64,000 nucleotides of DNA, taken from Octopus sinensis. Lineage: Eukaryota. Location of the stretch: positions 3,846 to 67,845 of the forward strand of contig NW_021833800.1 of NCBI RefSeq assembly GCF_006345805.1, given 5' to 3'. Shown piece after piece: positions 1 to 11,633 of this stretch. Under the pieces are notes generated by a model. The model ran no database searches and was not told where the DNA came from. It was given only the letters and a program-made list of their open reading frames with translations. How positions within the stretch are numbered: position 1 is the stretch's first letter; each line of letters starts with the position of its first letter. The translations under genes and the position numbers were made by a program.

Positions 1-1308
1 CGCCTTAGTAATAATAATAACAATATTAGTAATAATAATAATGATAATGATGATGATGATGATGATGATGATGATAGAAGAAGAAGAAGAAGAAAAAGAA
101 GAAAACCGTTTTTCAAACCGAGTTTACTGAGTTGGCGATCCCTACTCTAAGTAGGCAGTTAATGGTGGCAGAGTACAGCTGACCTGAACTTAGTGACCTC
201 TCAGCGCCGTGCTCAGTTCTTTACACCTGTAAAAATTTTGTGATTGATTAGCGTAGGTAGACGAGGAGGAGGAGGAGGATATATAGGGTTTCAACTTAAC
301 GCCATGGAACCCTGAATAAATGTTAAGTACATTTCACCTTCTTAAACCGAATGGACCCAAAGGAACAGACTACGTTTATCAGAGTTTATGACACAGAAAT
401 TCCTTCCTGGAATTCAAATACGTGTCTCATTTCATGACCATTTCCCAAGATTTTCTCCACATCGTCAAAGAAGAGAACATTCACCATTATATTGGTAAAA
501 TATTGATTGATAAAAACGCAAATAAAGACGAGGATTAAGTAATATTCATATTTTTCGTGGTAAAATTACCCTGAGTCGCTATCTACATTAGAAAACAACA
601 GTTAAGTTAATGTCGACATATTCAATATAGTAATTCGGATTCAGTGTTTAATATTTTTAAAACGGAATAATATATTTAAAAAAGTAAAAAAAGAAAGTGA
701 ATCATTTTAGTAGGTTATTCTCTACAAGTGGCTGATGAGGGCGTAGTAAATCCGAAACATGTTCGAAGTTATTTCTCACATTTACCGAATTAGGCAAAAA
801 TGACTAACTTTGTTTTGTTTTTCTCTTACTACATCGAATATGTTAATGGCAACTTAAGTAATCATGGATCTCCGTCACTTGACGATGTGGATTCAATTTT
901 CGATCGAGTGAATTACCTCCTCTTGAATTAATGTCTGTGTGGCTGAGTACTCCATAGAAATGTGAACCCCTAATGTAATTCTCAGACAGAATCAGTGCGA
1001 CACAGTGAGTGTATAACAAAGCCATACCTTTTGTATTATGGGTACAATCCACCCGACGGGCTTCCAATCAGTTTCTGCCCACCCACTTTCCTACACAAAG
1101 TATGGGTAAGCCCAAGATAATAGAAAATGACATTTGTATAAGATGCCGTGCAATGGGATCGAAACCAGAACTCCGTAGATATGAAGCCAAATGTTTATCC
1201 ATTTGGCTTATAGCATCATTAGCATTTCTTCATTAAAGAAACTTAATTAAAAAGAAAACTGCGTGAACAAAACCAGCTGATTTCGCTAGTCTCAACATTC
1301 CAGTTGTT

Positions 1309-1352
1309 TCTGACTGACGAGACGAAACATGTCGAAACACCGGTGTTCCAGA
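1309..1352 (+). ncRNA. Candidate minimal type-I hammerhead ribozyme
   Basis: TCTGA-CTGACGA-GAC gaaacat GTC-GAA-ACACCGGTGT-T-CCAGA. Canonical core and palindromic stem III, with one mismatch at the first stem I pair. Confidence 0.55.
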
Positions 1353-1535
1353 TTGTCGTGCATCAATGAGACGAGTGTGTTGAGCACAGTGTTGTCTGGA
1401 AAGGGGAGGCTATTCTCCTAAGACATACGAAAGCGTCCTGCACATTTTACTACTGAACTTGCTCGATGTGTTAAAAATTGATAAGCATTTCTGAATTCAC
1501 GGTAGGCGTCACGAATGATTAGACTTCGATAGTTT

Positions 1536-1937
1536 GGCGCAGACGTGGTAAGATATAAGATATTTGCTTCCCAACCACGTCGTTCCTGGTTCAGTCTTAA
1601 TGCATGGCACCTTGGGCAAGTGTCTTCTATTATATAGCCTCAGGCCGACCGTAACCTTGTAAGTGGATTTGGTTGATGGAAACTGAAAGAAGCCTGTCGT
1701 ATATGTGTATATATATGTATGTGTGTGTGTCTTTCTGTGCTTGTCCCTCCACCACCACCACCACCACCACCACCACTTGGCAACCGCCGGTGTCGGTGTG
1801 TTTATATCCTCGTAACCTAGCGGTTCCGCAAAAGAGACCGATACAATAACTACTGGCGTCGATTCGTTAAAAAAAAAACTCTTCAAGGCGGTGCCCCAGC
1901 ATGGCCGCAGTCTAAGGAATGAAAGAAGTAAAAAAAA
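1536..1937 (+). mobile_element. tRNA-derived SINE, family A (degenerate copy)
   Basis: Degenerate tRNA-like head with B-box-like GGTTCAGTC, CCTTGGGCAAGTGTCTT core, internal (TG)/(CAC) repeat and CAGCATGGCCGCAGTC tail. Matches the copies at 39146 and 52862. Confidence 0.8.
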
Positions 1938-2378
1938 ATGTTAACTGGAACTTGGAACGCTGCATACCAAACATACGGCTGCTGCTGCTGCTACCACCAC
2001 CACAACCGCCACCACTACGACCATCAGCACCATTACTACTACTACTACTACTTACTACTACTTACTACTCTGTACTCTCTAAGCTGAGGGATAGAACGAT
2101 GGGAAAGGTTATGAGAGAAGAAAGACTGACAGATCGAGATTTGATAAATAAATAAATGAAAACATTTTTTAGAAAAAAGTCTTAAAATGAATAAATAAGT
2201 GAAAAAAGTGACTTTGGTGTGAGGAGAAAAGCGAAAGCAAAAACAAGGAACGCTGCTGCAGAATGTGGGTCAGTTGACGCTGCCAATCTTGGTTCTACCA
2301 TTTCACAAATTGCTGTTTCCTTAGGAAAATAGAAGAAGGAAGTGGGTGGGTGGGGGCAAGTATTCCTGTGAAAACCCA

Positions 2379-2413
<35 letters not shown>

Positions 2414-3347
2414 ATTCAGTCTTTCTTTTCCATGTGTGTGTGTGAGAGAGAGAGAGAGAGAGGGAAAGAGAGGGAGAGAGAGAAAGAGATCCTTGTATCC
2501 ATGACTCGTAAGGGAGGGTTGGGGGTCACAGATTTGTTGTTTCCTTAACCTATTAAAAACTGCTTGCAGAAAGGTTCCCCCCGCCTCCACGACACCTAGA
2601 AATGGTTGTGAAATGATAACTGTGGTTCTGATGATGACGACGACGACGGTGGTGGCGGCGGCGGTGGCGGTGGTGGTGGTGTGGTGGTGGTGATGGTTGA
2701 GTTGATGGGGACGACAGTTCTATCCAACAAATATTCGGTGACAACTTTTGTTTTTGTGATATATATTTTGATTGCATGTCACGCACGACCGAGCTGAGGC
2801 GCCGCCTTTAAACATATTCGTCGACCATATCGATCCCCATATATGTTTTAAAGTCTCCTACTTATTTTATCTCTGTCTCTGTCTGTCTCTCCCATTCACT
2901 TTTCCTCGCTCTCTTTCTTTCTTTCTTTCTTTCTCCCCCCCCTCACATTTGTGTATCGTTTGTTGATAGGTTCAGTGACTGGAAATGCTCAATACATTTC
3001 AAGGATACGAACGTTTTTATACGTGTGTGCATGTGTGTGTATATAGTCGCTGGAAATGGAGATCTCCAGGTCCAAATTCTTGAACGGCTGCTCTTGCTGC
3101 TGCCGTTAATGCCGGGTATTGTCTCAGCTTCATAGACCACGGCTTCGGATTTGCATCCCCCCGACCAACACCCACCCACTGAACACTCATTGCTAACCCT
3201 GCATGAATACCCTGCCTCTGCACAGGGTTTAGGGGTGCTCCCAAATTTTTTTGATGTTGGGTATATAGCTGAAAGGGACCTTTAAGTTGTGACTATTAAA
3301 CAATCGCTCGTATTTATGTGACTGTGTGATGTAGTAATCCACTAAAC

Positions 3348-3852
3348 CTATGCTGATCTTGATGTTGAGTGAGAATTGTTGGGTAAACAAAACAACTTTA
3401 CGGTGGAGCTTCCTTTTGTGTATATGGGGATAAGATATATAGAAAATGCGGTCCTTAAACTCAAACGCCTCGTTGAAATAGGAGCTGCGGTGTCGAAAAT
3501 CTCTTTACTCGAGGACAGGTTCGAAATCCTCTCACTGATATCCTTCATCATGATAGGTGGGTGGAATGAGGCAGTGTTAATGTACGACAGCCCTTGGTTT
3601 GCGGAAGGGCTTGTTTGATCAGGCACCCAAGTCTAGCGTAACATCTAAAAAGTTAGCAATGGTATGGTTGGTCTCAATTGTAATTTTAAAGCCAAGGGAG
3701 CCCTGGGTGCGAATTAGGCCCTTCATAAGCCTATCTAGGGCATGCCGATTAGCGCCTCTAGAGTTGGTTAAAGAACCGACGGGGAAGGTGTCCAGTATAT
3801 AAAACCCTATGAGGGCACAGATATCCGCGCTGTCGAATGCTCTCATCACCAT
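3348..3852 (-). mobile_element. Penelope-like element RT fragment (degenerate, internally deleted)
   Basis: Translations FDSADICALIGFYIL, GFKITIETNHTIANFLDVTLDL and YINTASFHPP..ISERISNLSSSKEIFDTAAP match PLE RT motifs. Confidence 0.85.
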
Positions 3853-4142
3853 GGTCTAGTCGTTAGAGCAGCGGACTCGCGGTCGAGTGATCGCGGGTTC
3901 GAATCTCAGACCGGGCAATGTGTGTGTTTATGAGTGAAACTCATAAGCTCCACGCGGCTCCGGCAGAAGGTAATGGCGAACTTCTGCTGACACTTTCGCC
4001 ACAACTTTCTCTCATTCTTTCTTCCTGCATCTTGCAGCTCACCTGCGAAGGACCGGCGTCCCGTTCAGGTGGGGAACCTATACGCCAAGGAAACTGGGAA
4101 GCCGGCCCTTATGCGCCAGGCATGGCTCGAGAAGGAACAAAC
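3850..4142 (+). mobile_element. tRNA-derived SINE, third family
   Basis: A box TGGTCTAGTCGTTAG, B box GGGTTCGAATCTC and 3' tail GGCATGGCTCGAGAAGGAACAAAC. A more degenerate relative lies at 62992-63240. Confidence 0.75.
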
Positions 4143-4619
4143 GTCACCATATACACGCACGCGCGCGCACGCACACAGTAATAATAGCTTTGAAATAGAA
4201 CTCAAGTTTTATGTACACGATATCGAGCTCCATCGAGTTCGTGTCTTCAGCAGGTTGTCTTGCTGCTGTTTGCCATACAATGACCGACGTTAACATATGA
4301 GAAAAACTTGCCAAAAAACTTGGTCCCTGGGTCAATGTAAATATTGTGGTTGGGGCGTAACACAGGTGAACACAATACTGCGTTACGTCCCTTGAAATGT
4401 CAGAAGATATTACGCCCGCACAAATATTGAAACCCAAGGGCGGCAATTCAGATCCACGTAGACATGGGCTGCGTTCCTTGTGTTGCTAAGATGGGTCGCT
4501 GCAGTATCTATGAAGGTTTATGTTGGAAATGTGCCTGTGTTGATGTATCTTGTGTACAGTGCAGCAAGAAAGAAATTGTAAGTTGTTGCTTCATAGATGA
4601 GCTGATACACATATCTAGC

Positions 4620-4665
<46 letters not shown>

Positions 4666-4880
4666 ATATAGCGGCGTTTAGAGGTGGTGAATTTGAGATA
4701 TAGGGAAGGTTGAAGCGAGAAAAAAGTCGGAAAAGGAGGATGTGACATCTGAATATGTCTAGTGTTGGGTGGCGCTGCTAATGAGGCATTGATGTGACTT
4801 TCCAGTTGGACAGGATGACAGGATGAATCTTTCCGCGTCGACACAGATAGTGAATATCTCCGTTCTTGTCTTTATATATA

Positions 4881-5276
4881 ACTAGCAGTATCGCTCGGCG
4901 TTTCTCTTTGTAAGGGAAATAACTATAGAAGCATTTTTAGAGATGTAAAGTATAATAGCCATCTCAATATGGCTAACCACAAAGGTGGGGTGTTACTGAA
5001 GCTTTTTACGTTCTGAGATTTAATAATAAATTTTTAGAGAGTTACTTCCCTTATATATGCCAAAAAATGCATTAAAAATAGGAAAAATTGATGGTAAATT
5101 ATTTTTAAAATCGTAGACTCATCGTAGACGCGCGCTAATACCCAGAAGGGCTCGATATGAATCACGACTATAAGATACCCGGTTTTGGTTAAACTGCACC
5201 GCAAAATGTGGGAGTAGTTAGGAATCTAAATCGTAGGAGACAGACAGCACACAACTTCACTTTTATATATAAAGAT
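4881..5276 (+). mobile_element. Non-autonomous Helitron/Helentron-type (Lep1/HINE-like) element
   Basis: Starts ACTAGCAGTATCGCTCGGCGTT, has GACAGACAG near the 3' end and ends TTTTATATATAAAGAT. The 5' terminus is shared with the element at 13452. Confidence 0.6.
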
Positions 5277-5596
5277 TATCTGAGTTATTTGTTTGAAGCA
5301 AGATGTGCTTTCTTTCTCCCATGAAAAGACGGGATTTTCTCGAATCATTTATGTAAAACTTTGCTCTTTTGTGGATCCGCATTTAACGAAGGAGCTTATG
5401 TTTCGATTTATCATTTTTCAAGTGTTCTGGAGTTTTTTTTATTTTGTTATTGGTGCATCCTGGATGACGTGTGGTTGCAAACCATTTTCGTCTCCTCATA
5501 CAAGTCTCTTTAACTTTCGTAATCGATCGACTGGTTCAACATGGCTGAGATGACTTCAGCTTCATAAGCTACCGACTTAATGTTGTATGTCTGATC

Positions 5597-5800
5597 CAGT
5601 GCTTTTCAAACCTTTTGCTAGAGCGGAACCCCAAGGAAACATTCCACTGGCTCGAGGAACCCCTATGCAATAATTTAATAGTCTTATGTACACATATCTG
5701 CACAGGAGACTTAAAAATTACTGCCGATTTTAGCAGTTTTGTAACTTCTTGCAGAAACCCTGGACTGTACTGGCGGAACCCTAATTACTCCAGCAGAAAC
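5597..5800 (+). mobile_element. hAT-type MITE fragment (left end)
   Basis: Begins CAGTGCTTTTCAAACC (hAT/Charlie-like TIR) followed by GGAACCCC motifs. Right TIR not seen. Confidence 0.45.
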
Positions 5801-6470
5801 GTCTGACTAGTTTGGGATGGCTTGTTTGGTGGGTTTGCTTGAGATGATTATTTTCATATTGGCGCAGCATATCTTCCCTGAGTGAAGATTCTTTTTGTAT
5901 GTCTATGATGGCCAGGGAAATATTTACCTTGCAGGGCCTAACAAGTTTTTTTCTTTTTTCTTAAATTGCTCTTAAAAGAGAAAATGGGGCGCAAAGCATA
6001 TAATCTTTCTGAGCCTGTTTCTAGTTTCTGATTGTGTGTTGTGCTGGGTGTATGAAACACTTTTTACTAGAAGCTGCAATCTGCTACAGCCTCATTGTAG
6101 CAAGGAACCGCTCTATCGAAAACTTCTTTGGAAGAGACGCAGTTAGACTTCCATACTATTATCATACTAATAGTTACTGTAAGATTTTAAAACATAATAA
6201 GTGGTCTTTGCAGGAATACCTGTTTATGTATCTAAAGTGTTTCATAAAGTTTATGAAAGGGTTTGTAAGCATTGGAATTTAGGTATAGGAAAGCATGCAG
6301 AAAATCAGCTTCGGTTAAGTTCATTGCTACCCTAATCTTAAGTGCTAATCTTTGGAAACAGTTCTGAGATTTTTCTGAAGGTATCTAAGAGGAAGCTTTG
6401 ATACCGTTATTCCTTTGAAAAGAGAAAAGAAAGTTACTGGTTGACTCCACCAATCCGTTTTCAATTTCCG
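5790..6470 (-). mobile_element. Penelope-like element RT C-terminal fragment (highly degenerate)
   Basis: With stops and frameshifts it reads KIRVAMNLTEADFLHAFLYLNSNAYKPFHK..YIN, SSKEVFDRAVPCYNEA and KYFPGHHRHTKRIF, collinear with PLE RT. Confidence 0.65.
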
Positions 6471-6484
6471 GCTAAGTCCATCGT

Positions 6485-6605
6485 GTATATATATATAGTA
6501 TATATATATATATATATATAATATATATATATATATTATATATTATATATATATATATATATGTATATGTATGTATATGTATATATATATGTATATGGAT
6601 GTAGG

Positions 6606-6653
<48 letters not shown>

Positions 6654-6889
6654 GGTATATATATATATATGTATATATATATAAATATATATATATATAT
6701 TATATAATATATATATATATATATAGGTATATGTATGTATATGTATTATATATGTATATGTATGTATGTATATATATATATATATGTATATATATAATAA
6801 TATATATAGTATATGTATATATATATATATAGTATATATAGATATATATATATATACATATATATATGTATATAATAAATATATGTATA

Positions 6890-6920
<31 letters not shown>

Positions 6921-7070
6921 TAATATATATATGTAATATAAATATATATATATAGTATATATAAATATATATATATATATGTATATATAAATATATATAT
7001 TATATATGTATATATATAAATATATGTATATATATATGTATATATAAATATATGTATATATATATGTATG

Positions 7071-7105
<35 letters not shown>

Positions 7106-7112
7106 GTATGTA
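6485..7112. repeat. (TA)n/(TATG)n degenerate microsatellite
   Basis: Visible in the sequence. Confidence 0.95.
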
Positions 7113-7245
7113 TGGAAAGAAGAGATGTATTCCCACGCAGGAAAAAATATAGAATTTGTTTGAAAAGGCACATGAATTTGAAAAACTTGAAGTTGTTTTC
7201 AAATATATTTATACACGCACACACACGTGCACGCACGCACACACA

Positions 7246-7279
<34 letters not shown>

Positions 7280-7928
7280 ATGCATGCGCTCGTAAAACCT
7301 TGTCTTCGACAAAAAGTCAGACTAGATCGGAAAATATGGATCCATTCTCAATGAGTTCATGGATTCTCTTGACGGTGCTGGCATATGTGATCCAATAGGC
7401 CTGTCCTTGTTAGACGCTTGCTAAAATTAAACATTCCTTGATCACAAATGCTGGGTTATCCCGAGGCGATGGATTAGCCCGCATCACACAGCAGCTGCTA
7501 TGGCGACGGTCTAAATAGGTGTGTGTTGGTTTTTGAATGTTACGTTTTGATATCGCTGTGTGATTGATTATCTCTCTGTTTATTTTGATATCATTATGTG
7601 ATTGGTTTGTTTACTGAAGCTGTGATAACAAGGCTGGTGGTTGTATGGAATAGGTTGGTTGGATGAGAGGAGATTGACAACAATAACAATAACAACAACA
7701 ACAACAACAACAATATCAATATCAGGATTAGCAAAGAGGAAACAAGAAAAAGAACAAAATGTACAAAATAAATTGTTATTTATATATATATATTCATACG
7801 CACACACATATATATTTGGGCATATACACATTTGCAGTCACATATATGTATATATACACACACACACAATATACATATAATATATATAATATATATATAT
7901 GAATGAATATATTATATATATACATATA

Positions 7929-7994
<66 letters not shown>

Positions 7995-8176
7995 TATGTA
8001 CATATATACATAAATGCGTTTGTGTATATACACACTCGGACACACATACAGATATACGTGTGTTTATCTATCTATCTATATATATATATATATATATCGA
8101 TAGATAAACACACGTATATCTGTATGTGTGTCCGAGTGTGTATATACACAAACGCATTTATGTATATATGTACATA
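7995..8176. repeat. Perfect inverted repeat with 78-bp arms around a (TA)n spacer
   Basis: 7995-8072 is the exact reverse complement of 8099-8176. Confidence 0.95.
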
Positions 8177-8191
8177 CACACACAAATACAT

Positions 8192-8225
<34 letters not shown>

Positions 8226-9174
8226 TGTGTGTGTGTGTGTGTGTGTGTGTGTTCATACTCATATACATTAACGCATTTTCTCTGAAGCACAGAAACACAC
8301 ACACACACACACACACAACACACACACACACACACTCATACATATATAGGCACATACACACGTGTTTGTATCTTCGCAGAAAGAATGGCGGTGTGGATGG
8401 TTTAATGGTGGCCATTAATTTGTTTGATTAATTTATTTGGAAGAGTGACAAGTTTAAGAGTAATTAGACATTGATTGGTGTTGTTGACCAATGGAATGGA
8501 ACAGACATAGTTGGGGGTCTCTTGGTGCAAAGAGGAAGAGGAAGAGCAGAAGGAGGAGGGATAAAGAGGGGCAGACGAGATAGATAAGGGAAATAGGAGA
8601 GAAGAGAAAGAGGGGTGAAAGAAAAGATGTGAAGAAACTGGAAAGAAAGAGAAGAGAAAAGAAAGTAGGAAAGAAGGGAGAGAAGGAAAAGAGAAAGCGG
8701 AGAGGAGAAAGAAGAGGGAAATGTAAAGTAAGAGAAGAAAGTTACTGGCTAACTCCAGTGATACGGTTTCGATTTCCGAAATGAGGTATAAGTTACGTCC
8801 GGCGACAATTCTGGACAAGTTTCGGTTTTATTCTCCCTCTTTCCAGAACAGCAAACTGGTAGATGTGTTAGCGCGTCGAACAAAATGCGTAACAGGATTG
8901 TTCTTTATGTCCTGAGTTCAAATTCCCCTGATGTCGACTTTGCCTGACATTCCTTTGCGGGTTTGTATTTTAAGTTCTTTTCTGTCCTGTTTATCCAACT
9001 GTAAAAGTGTACTAGCTTAGTCACGATTGAGCCTTTCCCTCATCATACATATATTCATTACTCGCACATACTCATACACACACACATACACACATTCATA
9101 TTTATGTATATATATGTATATATATATATATAATATATATATATACACACACATATATATGTTCTTTTTTATTG

Positions 9175-9345
9175 TTTTTTCTTTTACTTGTTTCAATCAT
9201 TTGACTGCGGCCATAATCGAGTAAATTGACCCCAGGACTTATTCTTTGTAAGCCTAATACTTATTCTGTTGGTCTCTTTTGCCGAACCGATGAGTTACGG
9301 GGACGTAAACACACCAGCATCGGTTGTCAAGCTATGTTAGTCAAG
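9175..9345 (-). mobile_element. SINE family A, 3' fragment
   Basis: TTTTACTTGTTTCAATCATTTGACTGCGGCC...ACACCAGCATCGGTTGTCAAG. Confidence 0.8.
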
Positions 9346-9495
9346 CTGCTTGAATAATAGACAGAATCCACAACTATTGAAAAGGTTGCAAGACGCAACG
9401 AAACTTTTGGGAAAATAAATAAGTAAATGAGTGGAAACCAGACCGGTGAGTGTGTTAAATTATAAGGCACCAAAATAGAATGACTTTCCCCAGAC

Positions 9496-9540
<45 letters not shown>

Positions 9541-9778
9541 CAAGGAAAAATTATAAAAAGGCAGAATGCTAAATTGGAGGTAAACTTTAATGAAAATTGA
9601 TGTATGGAAAATTTTAAAAAAATATATATATATTAATTCAAACCGGTTTTCGTCGCAATGCGACTTTTCAAGAATTGTAAGGTGAAAAGAAAAGGTTTTA
9701 AAAAAATTCTTCCATACATCCATTTTCATTAAAATTTACCTCCAATTTAGCATTCTGTCTTTTTATAATTTTTCCTTG
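9541..9778. mobile_element. Foldback element with 69-bp TIRs and a central hammerhead-like motif
   Basis: 9541-9609 versus reverse complement of 9710-9778 shows 3 mismatches. Adjacent to (TA)n on the left. Confidence 0.85.
9635..9676 (-). ncRNA. Candidate minimal type-I hammerhead ribozyme, U3-A8 core variant
   Basis: Minus strand: AATTC-TTGAAAA-GTCGC att GCGAC-GAA-AACCGGTT-T-GAATT, giving stems I, II and a palindromic stem III. Confidence 0.5.
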
Positions 9779-9816
9779 CCTATCATTTCTCCACGTGCGG
9801 TCGACACAACCCCACC

Positions 9817-9866
<50 letters not shown>

Positions 9867-10137
9867 ACAGTATATATAAATGTGATTTTGTGTGCTTATC
9901 CATCTATCAATCTATCTATCTATTTATTTATTTATGTGTCATATTTAACTAAATCTAATTTCCTGTGAAGAAGCCCTTGTCTACCCCACACCCACACCCT
10001 CTCGTTTCAACTCATTTTAAGACAGCAATGCTTATATTTTCCCATCAAAAGAATATGCTGAATAGAAGGGTCTCTCCTTCATTAATTTCCTGTTAGTTGC
10101 CTCCCTTCGTTTTTTTTTTTCGTTTCTGTAATAGCAA

Positions 10138-10194
<57 letters not shown>

Positions 10195-10440
10195 CTGGCA
10201 TTATTTTGCTTAAAGAAACCCCATTAAATAAACGAAGTCTGTTTATTGTTTCAACTTGTAGTCATTATTTGCTTTACATTTGTTTGGGTGTAAACAACAT
10301 CACACTGATGGCCGCTTCCGTCTCTGGCATAGTGAGAGCGCGTGTGTAGTTGCATGTGCACGTGAGTGTATACACAAACACTACACATCATGTATGCATA
10401 TGTGTATGTATGTATATATGTATGCATGTATCTATCTGTA

Positions 10441-10488
<48 letters not shown>

Positions 10489-10555
10489 CATACACACACA
10501 CACACTCACACACATATACATATATATATATATACAGATAGAGAGAGAGAGAGAG

Positions 10556-10612
<57 letters not shown>

Positions 10613-10871
10613 AAACTTATAAAACAAGGGCAAAAGAAAAATCCTAATGCCAAATATGCCGAAAATAGACAAAATTGTCAATAACCATAATAATTTATGC
10701 GTCTCGAAACAAACCGAAAGAAATTTCTAAAAAATTCCGTTATTACCGTATTGGTCCCAATTTCAGAGTTAATTCATAAGAATTTTCTCCTCATTATTAT
10801 GGTTATTGACAATTTTGTCTATTTCCGGCATATTTGGCATTAGGATTTTTTTTCACTTATTTTATAAGTTA
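10613..10871. mobile_element. Foldback/MITE-like element with ~80-bp TIRs
   Basis: 10613-10694 matches the reverse complement of 10793-10871. The inner ~58 bp has one mismatch. Left flank is (TA)n. Confidence 0.85.
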
Positions 10872-10927
10872 TTTATAAATTTAACCTTTAAAGGTATTTT
10901 TTAATATGCTTCCCATTGATAAAATGT

Positions 10928-10978
<51 letters not shown>

Positions 10979-11633
10979 ATATATGTACTTATACATGCAT
11001 ATACAGGCACACACGTATATACATATAAAAACAAAATACACACACGCATGCATGCATAGTTACATACATACATATTTGAATTTTTATTTTTATCGCGATT
11101 TTCATGGCTAAAATTTCCATAGAAGCGAAAAACGTCTGATCTTTCGAACGATTCAGCGCTGGAAGACGGTCATAACTTCGAAACACGATCTATGCCACTG
11201 GATGGTAAGTGGGAATTATTTCCATGGGTCAGTGCAGATCATGTAAGACTATCGTTAACTCGATGGATTAGTCGAATGGAACTGCAGCGCTGCCGTTGTC
11301 TGCATTCTTAAGAACAAAGTACCCAATGCTTCGATCCAATTCCATATCGTGGATTTCTACAATTCGCTAAGATTAGCGACTTCAGCACCGAAATTGTCAC
11401 GAACACTAGGAAGACATTCTTATATTTTGCTGACTTTTGCTGAGTCGAAAAGAAAGACTTCTCGCTGTTCGATGTTTGTGTTGAGAGTTACGATGGAAGT
11501 GAGGTCGCGGGTAAAGTTAGAGTAATTGTCATGGACATCTTTGTGAAGTGCGTACTCACCTACAGCTCGGCTTTGTACAGAGACGTTAACTGTCACTTTT
11601 GAAGCAATATGAATTGTCACAACACGAATAGAT

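Noticed and set aside
9377-9410. TTGAAAA-G-GTTGC/GCAAC-GAAAC, a second U3-A8-like motif
   Set aside because: No U16.1 and no stem I pairing; at most a relic.
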